From Phaeosaccion multiseriatum (taxonomy: Eukaryota; Protista; Ochrophyta, other classes), in assembly GCA_965112735.1 (NCBI GenBank), contig OZ218959.1, positions 1,550,001-1,614,000 of the forward strand: a stretch of 64,000 bases of DNA. The letters are read 5' to 3'. This document shows positions 26,694 to 38,576 of this stretch, piece after piece. How positions within the stretch are numbered: the first letter of the stretch is position 1; each line of letters starts with the position of its first letter. Position numbers and translations under genes: made by a program. The notes beneath the pieces were generated by a model. The model searched no databases. It saw nothing but the letters and a program-made list of their open reading frames with translations, and was not told the origin of the DNA.

Positions 26694-29600
26694 GGCTCCC
26701 ACCTACATTACCGCTTTTCCAACCGTGGTCCTTGTTTTATCACGTGCAGCTCGAACTTACTTGTCCTCGCATTTCTCTTTTCCCTGCCCTTCGCCTCCCC
26801 TTCCCGTTTTCTCACCCCCCCCGCTGTCCCACTCTATCCTTTCCACCCTCCCTGCTCTTTCCCACGCTCTCTTCTACACACAGGTGTCCTTGGAGCAAGC
26901 CCATGCCGAGCACGCAGACCTCCAGGAAGACCGAGCTCGAACCGAGCTGGGGCTGGAGGAGGCCAAGGAGCTGTTTCAGAGGAAGAAAGGCAGGGCAGAG
27001 GAGCTAGGCAAGCAGTACGGCCGCAACCAGGCAGAGCTCAACGCCCTGCAGGAGACACTGAGACAGGTCCGTCCATCCCTGGGCGTTCGTCCGTCCGTCC
27101 GTTATCCATTGATTCGTCTCGCTCTACCATTTACTCGCTCTGAATCACACACAAAACACACAAACACGAGTCTTTGGGAGCTGCTTTAATCCAAGCGCAA
27201 GCACAGCAAAATCGCCCAACGTGTACCGCACCGGACAGCCTAGATTGGAGCCTAGCAGGTAGCCCAGGTGTCGTGCATGGCTCACAGCCTTCCTCTCTCT
27301 CCGTCTTCCCCCCCCCGCCCCTCTCTCTCTCCTTCCCTCTCTCTCCCTCCCCCCCCCCACCCTCCTCCTCCTCCTCTCTCTCCTGTCCTGTCCTACCTTA
27401 TACCTCCCCTGCCCCTCTCCTTACACACACTCATACACACACACACAGGTGGAACTCTACAACGAGGAGATGAAAGGAGAGATCCTGGTCACTCGAAGGG
27501 CCACATACAAAGCCGAAGAAGCCATCAAGGTCCTGGAGAGGGCCAAGGCAAAGCAAGACTTCTACCTCGACAACCTTATGGACCAAGTCAAGCGCCAGCA
27601 GGAGGCCGTGGCGCTGCTTGATGCTCAGCAGCACTCGCAGAAAGACTCCAATGGGGAGGTGGACGACATGCTCAGGGAGACTAACCAGTGAGTGAAGGGC
27701 GGGAGGGAAGGAGGATGGGAGGGAAGGAGGAGAGGAGTGAGCGAGTGAATAAGGGGGGGGGCTGGGAGTGCTATTACCCTTGGCAGGCTTGCCCTCTCCT
27801 TCTCCTCTGCTCTGTTCTGCTCTCATAGTCGGCACAGGGGCTCAGTCACGGACACCAATTTTAGGACCTTACCCCCCACTCCCCCCCTTTGTGACTTTGC
27901 AATACTTCGCAACCTTCCACAGAGAAATGGCGCTGATATCGTTCGAGAAGAAGCAGTTGCTGCAGCAGCTTGAGACGGCCGTCACAGGTACACTTTTATA
28001 TGCAAGGGAGGGACTGCGTCTCTCTCTCTCACTCTCCCTCCCTCCCTCTCTCTTGCCTGTGTCTTCTCTGATGACGTTTCTGCCGTTTGTTAATGCATAA
28101 CGATTACAACCCCTCTATCATCTTAGGCCTGCGGCGGCGGGATGAGGCACTGACAGCCGCCCTCAAAGCCCTCAAGGAGGCGGAGGGCAAGGCCAGAGAC
28201 TACGACATTGAAATCGAGGGGCTCAAGAGAGAAATCAAGAAGGCACAGGCAAGTGCCGCAGTTGGTGATACAGCGGTAGCATACAGGCAGGGGCACTGGA
28301 AGGGAGCATGCTTTGCTCGCTCCACCCCCTGCGTGCGGGGTCGTTCTTTCCGCCCGTCCTTCCTCCCTTCCTCCCTCCTTCCGTCCCACTCCATCTCAGA
28401 ATGTGTAATCCCGTCGCCCCTCTGCCCGCCTCCCCACGGAATGTCGCAGGCGGTGAATGAGTCTCTCGTGAGTGTCAAAGACCGCTTGGAGAACGAAGCC
28501 GCATACGTGGATGAGCAACTCGCCAAGGTAAGGCTCAGGATGAGAGCGTCAGAGTCAGGGTCAGGGTCAGGGTCAGGGTCAGGGTCAGGGTCAGGGTCAG
28601 GGTCAGGGTCAGGGTCAGGGTCAGGGTTAGGGTCAGGGTCAGGGTCAGGGTCAGGGTCAGGGTCAGGGTCAGGGTCAGGGTCAGGGTCAGGGTCAGGGTC
28701 AGGGTCAGGGTCAGGGTCAGGGTCAGGGTCAGGGTTAGGGTCAGGGTCAGGGTCAGGGTCAGGGTCAGGGTCAGGGTTAGGGTCAGGGTCAGGGTTAGGG
28801 TCAGGGTCAGGGTTAGGGTCAGGGTCAGGGTTAGGGTCAGGGTCAGGGTTAGGGTCAGGGTCAGGGTCAGGGTCAGGGTCAGGGTCAGGGTTAGGGTTAG
28901 GGTCAGGGTCAGGGTCAGGGTTAGGGTCAGGGTTAGGGTCAGGGTCAGGGTTAGGGTCAGGGTTAGGGTCAGGGTCAGGGTCAGGGTCAGGGTCAGGGTT
29001 AGGGTTAGGGTCAGGGTCAGGGTCAGGGTCAGGGTTAGGGTCAGGGTTAGGGTCAGGGTCAGGGTCAGGGTCAGGGTTAGGGTCAGGGTTAGGGTCAGGG
29101 TCAGGGTCAGGGTCAGGGTTAGGGTCAGGGTTAGGGTCAGGGTCAGGGTCAGGGTCAGGGTCAGGGTCAGGGTTAGGGTTAGGGTCAGGGTCAGGGTCAG
29201 GGTCAGGGTTAGGGTCAGGGTTAGGGTCAGGGTCAGGGTCAGGGTCAGGGTTAGGGTCAGGGTTAGGGTCAGGGTCAGGGTCAGGGTCAGGGTCAGGGCC
29301 CCCCACCCCCTTTCTATCCACACAATATCGAACACCATAAATGGGATCGATATCACACCCAGCACCAACCCCCACGCCCATCCATTGCCATCCCGACGCT
29401 CAGGTGCGCCAAGAGCGGGAGGCCCTGGCCGAGCGTTTCGCCCTTCTGGAGCGGTCTCTGGGGCAGACGGAGGAGGACGAGAAGAAGATTGATGTGGCGG
29501 CACACGGCCTGCAGCAGCAGCTGGACAGCCTCTCGCACAATGTGCAGGTGTGTATGCGTGTATGTGTGTGTGTGTGTGCGCGCGTGTATGTATGTGTGTA

Positions 29601-32600
29601 TGTGTGTATGTGTGCATGTGTGTGTGAGAGAGAGGGAGAGAGTGCGTGTGTTTGCATGTGTGTGTCCGTGTGTGTGTGAGAGAGAGAGGGAGAGTGTGTG
29701 TGTGTTTGATTGTGTGTGTCCGGGTGTGTGTGTTTGTATGTGTGTGTCCGTGTGTGTGGGTGTGTGAGGGCGGTGGGGGTGGGGTGTGCGGTGTGCGTGC
29801 GGAAGGGTGTGGGCGGAGTTGTGTGTGTGCGTGTGTTTGTATGTGTGTGTCTCTCTGTCAACCTGATGATTGTCTCTTTCTCTCTTTCTCCTTTCTTGTC
29901 ACCGCACCCCCCCCCACACACACTTAGACTGTGACTGGGCAGAAGCAGAAGCTTGAGTTGGAGAAGGCGGCATGGCGCAATCAACAGATGACAGCGTCCA
30001 AAGCCGTCAAAAACCTTCAGAAGCAAACGCTCAATGTGGTAAGTGATGCAAGTGGTGCAAGTGGTAATCCAAAGCCAGCCATTCTGTAGAGGGCCAGGGG
30101 CGGGGGGAGGGGGAGGGAATGCTTCAGTGCCCCCTCTCGTCAGCGCTAGCGATAACGGTTGGTGATACAGCAGTTGGTGATACAGCAGCATCGACTTGAT
30201 GCATTGGCTGGCTCTCGCCGCTCGCGTGCGCAGGGCGGCAGCACATGCCCTGCCCTGTCCCTACGCCTGTGCTCTGCTCTGCTCTGCTCTGCCCATATGC
30301 CTCTGCGCTGCTTTGCTGATCTTCCGTTCCGCTCCCACGACGTTTGCCTGCGTCTCCCCCACCCCCCCCCCTTTTTACAGATGTCCTCTCTGAATGGCGT
30401 GGAGATGGAGGAAGCAACTCTGGAGAACGAGGCCGCTCGCATCAGGGTGGACTCACTCAACACAGAGGCCCATAACGTTCAGCTCAGGGATCTACTGCGC
30501 AAGCTAGACGTGAGTGCGTGCGTGCATGAGTTTGTGGATGCGTGCGTGTGTGTGTGTGGGTGGGTGGGTGTTTGTGTGTGAGGTACGTAAGCAGAGCACT
30601 GTCGAGCCCTCCCTCCCCCTCCCTCTCCCCTCTCACGTGACTTGCGGTGCTGTATCTTCTCTTTTTTCTCCTCTCCTCTTCTCTTCCCCTTCTCTTCTCC
30701 TCTCGTCTGCCTCGCCTGGCATGGATGCCCACCCACCTTATGGTGTCTGTCTTGCCTACTCAGGACGAGGTGAAGGCCAAGGATAGGCTCATCGAGAAGT
30801 ACGAGCAGGAGGAAAAGGCCAGGGCCGACGAGATTGACAAGAAGATTTATAGAGAGGTGAGAGAGACAGTGAGAGAGAACAACAGATAAAAGAGAGTGAG
30901 AGAACAGCAGAGTGAGTGAGTGAGAGAGAAGACAGAGAGAGAGAACAGTAGAGAGAAGAGAATGGCCTTCCCTCCCTGGCCTTCTTTCCCCTAGTGTCGC
31001 GTGTCGCCTGTTGCTGCCTTCAAAGCGTGTTTCCCCTTTTCACCCCTGACCCCTGTGCCCGCCTCTTGCCCCTCTCTACCAACCCCTCGACCCCCTCTCT
31101 CCCCTCCTCTCCTTTCCCCTCTCCTCCCCTCCTCCCCTCCCTATTCACTACCATCCATATCCCTATCCACTGCCATCCCCTCCCTGCCCCTCCTTACTGC
31201 AGGACCGCCTCAACAAGAAGTACAAAGCCCTTCTCGAGTCTGCCAACGGAGCGCCAGAGACCAACGGCCCCTACGAGGCAACCATCTCTAGCTTGGAGAA
31301 GGAGGTGAACATGTAAGTGCGCAAGTGAATGAGCGAGTGAGTGAGTGAGTGAGTGAGTGAGTGAGTGGGTGAGTGAGTGAGTGAGTGGGTGAGTGAGTGA
31401 GTGAGTGAGTGAGTGAGTGAGTGGGTGAGTGAGTGGGTGAGTGAGTGGGTGAGTGAGTGAGTGAGTGAGTGAGTGAGTGAGTGAGTGGGTGAGTGAGTGA
31501 GTGAGTGAGTGAGTGAGTGAGTGCGTGGGTGAGTGAGTGAGTGAGTGAGTGAGTGAGTGAGTGGGTGAGTGAGTGAGTGAGTGAGTGAGTGAGTGAGTGA
31601 GTGAGTGAGTGAGTGAGTGAGTGGGTGAGTGAGTGAGTGGGTGAGTGAGTGAGTGAGTGAGTGAGTGAGTGAGTGAGTGAGTGGGTGAGTGAGTGAGTGG
31701 GTGAGTGAGTGAGTGAGTGGGTGAGTGAGTGAGTGAGTGAGTGAGTGAGTGGGTGAGTGAGTGAGTGAGTGAGTGAGTGAGTGAGTGAGTGAGTGAGTGA
31801 GTGAGTGAGTGAGTGAGTGAGTGAGTGAGTGAGTGAGTGGGTGAGTGAGTGAGTGAGTGAGTGAGTGAGTGAGTGAGTGAGTGAGTGAGTGAGTGGGTGA
31901 GTGAGTGAGTGAGTGAGTGAGTAAGTGAGTGAGTGGGTGAGTGAGTGAGTGAGTGAGTGAGTGAGTGAGTGAGTGAGTGAGTGAGTGAGTGAGTGGGTGA
32001 GTGAGTGAGTGAGTGAGTGAGTGAGTGAGTGAGTGAGTGAGTGAGTGAGTGAGTGAGTGAGTGAGTGAGTGAGTGGGTGAGTGAGTGAGTGAGTGGGTGA
32101 GTGAGTGAGTGAGTCAGTGAGTCAGTGAGTGAGTGAGTGAGTGAGTGAGTGAGTGAGTGAGTCAGTGAGTGAGTGAGTGAGTCAGTGAGTGAGTGAGTGA
32201 GTGAGTGAGTGAGTGAGTGAGTGGGTGAGTGAGTGGTCTCATCTGGTGTCTCTCCACACGTACCCACACACACACCCTCCCAAGCACACACGCACGCACA
32301 CCCACATGCACATCCACGCCCACACACGCCCGCACTCACGTAGTCTTCGACGTCCTCCTCCGTCCTCCATGCTTCATCCTTCAGGATCGGTGACGAGAAC
32401 GCTCAGCTTAAACACAGCTGGCTCCAAGACCAGACACAACTGGTGAGTGAGTGAGTGAGTGAGTGAGTGAGTGAGTGAGTGAGTGAGTGAGTGAGTGAGT
32501 GAGTGAGTGAGTGAGTGAGTGAGTGAGTGAGTGAGTGAGTGAGTGAGTGAGTGAGTGAGTGAGTGAGTGAGTGAGTGAGTGAGTGAGTGAGTGAGTGAGT

Positions 32601-35600
32601 GAGTGAGTGAGTGAGTGAGTGAGTGAGTGAGTGAGTGAGTGAGTGAGTGAGTGAGTGAGTGAGTGAGTGAGTGAGTCACTGAGTCAGTGAGTGAGTGAGT
32701 GAGTCAGTGAGTCACTGAGTCAGTGAGTCAGTGAGTAAGCCAGTAACAACCGCAGCGGAGATAGCCCGAGAGTAATCGATAGATGTAGACAAGCAGCGGC
32801 GAAGTAACCTGCTTCCCCCCTTCTACCTACCTACCTACCCACCTACCTACCTACCCACTCACCCACCCCACCCCACCCACCCCTCCAGGTGAGCACTGCC
32901 ACCGAGACGGAGGGCCACATTGACAAGAACATGGAGCTGAGAGCGAGGCTCGCCATCCTCGGCCAAAGAAAGGTGAGTGAGTGAGTGCGTGAGTGAATGA
33001 GTAAGTGAGTGAGTGACGGACTGAGTGAGTGAGCGAGTGAGAGGAGGCCCCTTGGAGGGTGCGGTACGCAGGCAAAGAATATTGACACGAGCAAAGAGGC
33101 GTGAGGACTAACCCCCCCTCCCTCCCTCCCTCCCTCCCTCCAGCAACGTCTTCAAGCAGAGAGCACTTTGAACAAGGCCGAGTTGGACAGGCTGGACCAT
33201 GAGATCGAGGCAATGCACATGGACATGTCCCACCTCAACAACCTCATCGGCTCCAACAGGGACAAGGCGCAGGAGCTTGCCAACGGAACGGCGGTCATGG
33301 AGAGGTACGTGTGATTGACGTCAGATTCCAGTTTCAGTGGGCAGGTTACAGTTTGGAGGTTGGAGGCTGCAGTTTGCAGTTTGGAGTTTGAGGTTGAGGG
33401 TCCATGTTTGATCCCGGTTTGTTTCAGTGTAGAGCGTATGGACGTGTCGATAGAAGGGCAATGGAAGGGCAAAGGTTCCTTCGATCCTCTCGCGCCAACT
33501 TACCACCTCCCCTCCCCTCCCCTCTCCTCTCTCACCTCCCTCCTTCTCACTGCTGTGTAATGTATCACCAACTGCTGCAGAGAGTTTGTGCAGGAACTGA
33601 AGGAGCTGGAGAAGAAATCCATCGCTCTTGAGGAGAAGGTTCGGGGCACCAAGGAGGGCAAGGCAGGCATCTTGGACGAAATTGTCGAGACGGAGAGACA
33701 GGTGAGGGAGGGAGGGAAGCAAGGAAGGAAGCTGCTCGCTAAAGCTCCACTCTTGCCCAACGTACCTTTCTCTCCCGGTCTACACCTCTGACGGCCTTTC
33801 TTATGTGTCTCACATCAACCCTCCCTCCCTCCCTCCGCTCCCCTCCCCTCCCCTTCCTCCCTCCCTCTCCCTCCCTCTCCCTGCCTCCCTCCCTCCGTCC
33901 CTCCCTCTCCCTCCGTCCCTCCGTCCCTCTCCCTCCCTCCGTCCCTCTCAGATTGTGCTCTGGGAGAAGAAGATCCAGTTGGAGAGAGAGACGCAGGCCG
34001 CACTTGATCCAGACGTGGGCAAGGGGGAGGTGTCGGGCATGGAGAGAGAGATCCACCGCATGAGGCTGAGGCTCAGCACACTCAAGAGGGAGCAGGAGGC
34101 TATGATCAAGGACATGGAGACAGGTGAGGTTAGGGTACTGAGTGGGGGTAGTGGGAAGGTAGGCACCTCCGCCGTCCGACTACCCCACTCACGCACTCAC
34201 GCACTCACGCACTCACGCACTCCTTCAAGTCTGTCAACTCTCAAGTGTGATCGTACTCACACTCACACTTACTCTCTCGCTCAGTCAGGCAGTCAGTCAG
34301 CCAGCGAGCCAGTCACAAACCCACTCACTCAAACCCACTCACTTCTCACCCACTACTCGCATCACTGCCTGCGTGTACTACCACATTGTGCAGCCATTCT
34401 CAAGAGAGAAGAGATCAGTGCTCGACACAAGGGCAAGGGAGCCAAGGCAGCGAACAAGAGCCTCAACGCAAGCAAGAAGGTAAGTGCGGTGTGGGCTGCG
34501 CTGATGATCCGAGAGGAGGAGGAGACAAAGAGAGGAGAGGAAAGGAACGAAGCCCCGCTTTGACCTTCCCCCTGCCACCCCCCTTCCCCCCCTCTCAGGC
34601 CACCAACTCGGCATCTCTGGAATTGTCCGCCGCGGCCCTGAGGAAGCGCCTCACCGGCACCCAAAGGCAGCTCAAGGGCACGACCAAAGACACCAAGGTG
34701 CGTCAGAGAGCGAGAGAGAGTATGCTGAGGACGACCTCACACACATACATCGCTTGGATAACCCCCTCCCCTAACTCCTTCCCGCCCTTCCTCCCTCCCC
34801 TCAGGCCTATGCAGAGGCTGTGGAAGACAAGAAGATGGACATTGAGAGCCTCACCGTCGACCTGGAGCAGAGCATGAGCGCCTTCGACGAGCTCGTGGGC
34901 AGGAGAGACCAGCTACAGGGCAGCATCAACACCGCACTGGTACGTGCGTGCGTGCATGCGTGGGTGCCGTGCGTGCACGCGTGCTTCTTCTCCATTCAAG
35001 AGCTCTTGATGGAGCTGTCGCGCCCACCTCCGGCCCCGGCCCCCGGCCAGCTCTCACTCACTCTCTCTCTGTCCTCGGGCCCAGCTCGCACCACAGTCCT
35101 CTCTCCGCCCTTCTCGCGCCCCCTCACCCACCTCTCGCTTGCTCCACGCTCGTGTTGTACCATCCCCTACCATCCCCTACCATCCCTTGCCATCCCCTGC
35201 CATCCCCTGCCATCTCCTGCCATCCCCTGCCATCCCCTGCCACCCCCTGCCATCTCCTGCCATCCCCTGCTAACCCCTGCCATCCCCTGCCATCCCCTGC
35301 CATCTCCTGCCATCCCCTGCTATCCCCTGCCATCCCCTGCCACCGCCTGCCATCCCCTACCATCCCCTGCATCCCCTGCCATCCCCTTGCATCCCTCCTC
35401 CCCCTCCCCCCCCCGCAGTACGAGAAGCAGCGGCTGATGGAGATGAGCAGCACCAAGATGCGAATGGCCAAGCGCCTCAATGACGTCGTCAAGGGGGCAA
35501 CAATGGGTGTCGACCCCAAGCACGCCATGGAGGTGGAGCGAGCTCTCTATGCCTCGGAAACCCGTCTGGGGCAGGTGCGGCAAGTGATTCAAGACATGGA

Positions 35601-35676
35601 GGGGCAGTTCGACTCGTCGCTAGACGATGTTCTACGTCGCGTACTCAACCTGGCGGAGGATGTTACGGCGCAGTAG
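26189..35676 (+). CDS. CCDC40: Coiled-coil domain-containing protein 40 (axonemal ruler, FAP172), about 20 exons
   Basis: [79 protein letters not shown]; exons join across GT/GC-AG introns. Confidence 0.9.
28555..29297 (+). repeat. Interstitial telomere-like array (TCAGGG/TTAGGG)n within a CCDC40 intron (28528-29403)
   Basis: About 124 hexamers, TCAGGG interspersed with TTAGGG. Confidence 0.95.
31335..32736 (+). repeat. Two long (GAGT)n arrays filling consecutive CCDC40 introns, interrupted by a small exon at ~32386-32442
   Basis: 31335-32234 and 32443-32736 seen directly. Confidence 0.95.
35160..35392 (+). repeat. 10-bp minisatellite (CCATCCCCTG)n in the last CCDC40 intron
   Basis: About 23 slightly degenerate units. 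Confidence 0.9.
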
Positions 35677-36232
35677 AGAGAGAGAGAGAGAGAGAGTGGG
35701 GGGTGGGGGGCGGGCGTTGTAGAAGCTAGAGAGCGGGCCATGCATCTCCCCTCACATTGGCAGTGACTGAGTGACGGGCTGTGATTGAGAGAGAAATCGG
35801 CTCCAGGCGAGGCTTCTCGGGCCCCCCGAAAAGCAGAAGCCTGAGGCGGCCTGCGGCCGAAAGCAAGAAGCCCGGGGCTGGCCTGCGGCCAGAAGCCTGC
35901 AGGAAAGTAGCGAGAAGCCCAGCCAAGTCTCCCATTTTTTTTCCGCGCTTGCTTCGCGCGGAAAGTGATACACGTGGTCGAAATAATGATACAGCCACTC
36001 TTCATTTCATCGGCTCCAGACTGGCCTAGAAGCCAACGCCTAGAGACGAAAATCGGCCGGCCTAGCTAGCTAGGCGGGCCGCAGGCCCCCGCCCGGCCTA
36101 GGCCTTTTTTTGGCGCAGCCCCCCCGGCCTAGCAAGGCCTCCAAACTTTACAACCTTGCACCCATCTCATAGATTATTGGCTCACTTTCCGACTTGCTAG
36201 CGATAGCAGGGTTGGCTACACTCGTCCCGCTT

Positions 36233-36415
36233 GGTTCTGAGGCGACCCCGGTTCCTGGTTCTGGCCGGCGCCAGCCCGCCAGGCAGGCAGGTTCCAGGTT
36301 CTGGGGGAAAGCCATGTAATAAGGCAATGATGAGGGCCAAGGTTGGTTCCTGGCTGGTTCTGGTCGGCTCCACCCACCTGCTTCTGGGCTGGCCTGTCTC
36401 AGAACCATGTTAGGG
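36233..36415. mobile_element. MITE-like repeat copy, homologous to 41851-41943
   Basis: TTCTGAGGCGACCC...CCTGCTTCTGGGCTGGCCTGTCTCAGAACCATGTTAGGG. Confidence 0.5.
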
Positions 36416-36804
36416 GCCGACTAGCCTAGCTACACGACACAGTGATGTTGTGTCACAACCGCGAGCAGCCATGCAGACACGGTAGGCTGGCCGCATTCGA
36501 CGACGAACTGAGCAGACAAGTACTTGACCTTGCTTTAGCTGAGCAGCTTGCCGAGCTGCCGAGACGCGGGAGAGCTCGGCGCAGGTCATTAGGAGCTTAT
36601 CTGCTGTCGGCTCCAGACTGGCCTAGAAGCCTATGCTCTAGGCCGGCCATTTTTTCTCCCTAGGCCGGCGGTTCTAGGCCTAGGCCTCGACCTATCTGAT
36701 TAGTAATTACGGCCGGCGCAGCCGGCCTGAGTACTGATTATGCGCCAGCCGGGGGCTGATTACTGATTACGGCCGGCGCACACCGTAATCTTGTCCAGGG
36801 TCGA

Positions 36805-38327
36805 AGGGAGGGAGGGAGGGAGGGAGGGAGGGAGGGAGGGAGGGAGGGAGGGAGGGAGGGAGGGAGGGAGGGAGGGAGGGAGGGAGGGAGGGAGGGAGGG
36901 AGGGAGGGAGGGAGGGAGGGAGGGAGGGAGGGAGGGAGGGAGGGAGGGAGGGAGGGAGGGAGGGAGGGAGGGAGGGAGGGAGGGAGGGAGGGAGGGAGGG
37001 AGGGAGGGAGGGAGGGAGGGAGGGAGGGAGGGAGGGAGGGAGGGAGGGAGGGAGGGAGGGAGGGAGGGAGGGAGGGAGGGAGGGAGGGAGGGAGGGAGGG
37101 AGGGAGGAGGAGGGAGGGAGGGAGGGAGGGAGGGAGGGAGGGAGGGAGGGAGGGAGGGAGGGAGGGAGGGAGGGAGGGAGGGAGGGAGGGAGGGAGAGAG
37201 GGAGGGAGGGAGGGAGGGAGGGAGGGAGGCAGGCAGGGAGGGAGGGAGGGAGGGAGGGAGGGAGGGAGGGGTTGTAAAGAGTCACGTTGCTCTCCACCTA
37301 GGATAGGAGCAGCAGCATGGATAAGGTAATAGCAACCCCAAAGTCAGCCTGGCAGCCAGCCTTGCCTCTATAAGCTTTATCCGTGAGCCATCCTAAACGA
37401 CCAACCTGCTGGGAGGTGAGTGAGAAACGGGCCACGCACCGTTTCTCACCTTATTTGCCTGGGCCTGGGCCATTGACATAATACTGACTTTCAACATCCC
37501 AACATCCCCGTCAGCCATCCCTGCACTTCTAACAGGAGGGAGGGAGGGAGGGAGTGAGGGAGGGAGGGAGGGACAGAGGGAGCGAGGGAGGGAGGGAGGG
37601 AGGGAGGGAGGGAGGGAGGGAGGGAGGGAGGGAGGGAGGGAGGGAGGGAGGGAGGGAGGGAGGGAGGGAGGGAGGGAGGGAGGGAGGGAGGGAGGGACAG
37701 AGGGGTAGAGGGATAGAAGGAGGGAGGGAGGGAGGGAGGGAGGGACAGAGGGAGGGAGGGAGGGAGGGAGGGAGGGTGGGAGAGAGGGAGGGACAGAGCG
37801 AGGGGTAGAGGGATAGAAGGAGGGAGGGAGGGTGGGAGAGAGGGAGGGAGGGAGGGAGGGAGGGAGGGAGGGAGGGAGGGAGGGAGGGAGGGAGGGAGGG
37901 AGGGAGGGAGGGAGGGAGGGAGGGAGGGAGGGAGGGAGGGAGGGAGGGAGGGAGGGAGGGAGGGAGCGAGGGAGGGAGGGAGGGAGGGAGGGAGGGAGCG
38001 AGGGAGGGAGGGAGCGAGGGAGGGAGGGAGGGACAGTGGGATAGACGGATACGAGGAGGTGGGGAGGGCGGAGGGATAGCGGGATAGAGGGAGGGGGGGA
38101 GGGAGGGAGGGAGGGAGGGTGGGAGAGAGGGAGGGACAGAGGGGTAGAGGGATAGAAGGAGGGAGGGAGGGAGGGAGGGACAGAGGGAGGGAGGGAGGGA
38201 GGGAGGGAGGAGGGAGGGTGGGAGAGAGGGAGGGACAGAGCGAGGGGTAGAGGGATAGAAGGAGGGAGGGAGGGTGGGAGAGAGGGAGGGACAGAGGGGT
38301 AGAGGGATAGAAGGAGGGAGGGAGGGA
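36805..38327. repeat. Two (GGGA)n purine tracts (36805-37271, 37535-38327) separated by a short unique spacer
   Basis: Seen directly; the second tract contains higher-order GGGACAGAGGGGTAGAGGGATAGAA units. Confidence 0.95.
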
Positions 38328-38576
38328 TGTAGAACGACATGCGCTGTCGCCTGCACTCAAACACACCACTCGTTCTCACCGTATCTGCCTGGGCCTGGGC
38401 CATTGACTTACGAGGGAGGGGCGGTTTTCCCCCTAATTTTTTTTGAATCGTAACTCGAACCGCAACTCGTACGTTGGCCGGGACCAGATTGTGTGTTTGT
38501 GTTTTTTCTGTTTTTTTTTTTCGCTTCAGTGGCATTTACATCAGCAGCGATAAAGAGAACCAACAAGGAGGAAGAC

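Noticed and set aside
28555-29297. A true chromosome end
   Set aside because: The CCDC40 gene continues in register on both sides
28087-29617. Long GS-, PD- and LT-repeat ORFs
   Set aside because: Translations of the intronic TCAGGG/TTAGGG array; the flanking CCDC40 exons splice around it
31194-32679. THSL-repeat ORFs
   Set aside because: (GAGT)n microsatellite read on the opposite strand
36767-38535. PPSL/EGGR-repeat ORFs
   Set aside because: (GGGA)n tracts with no domain content
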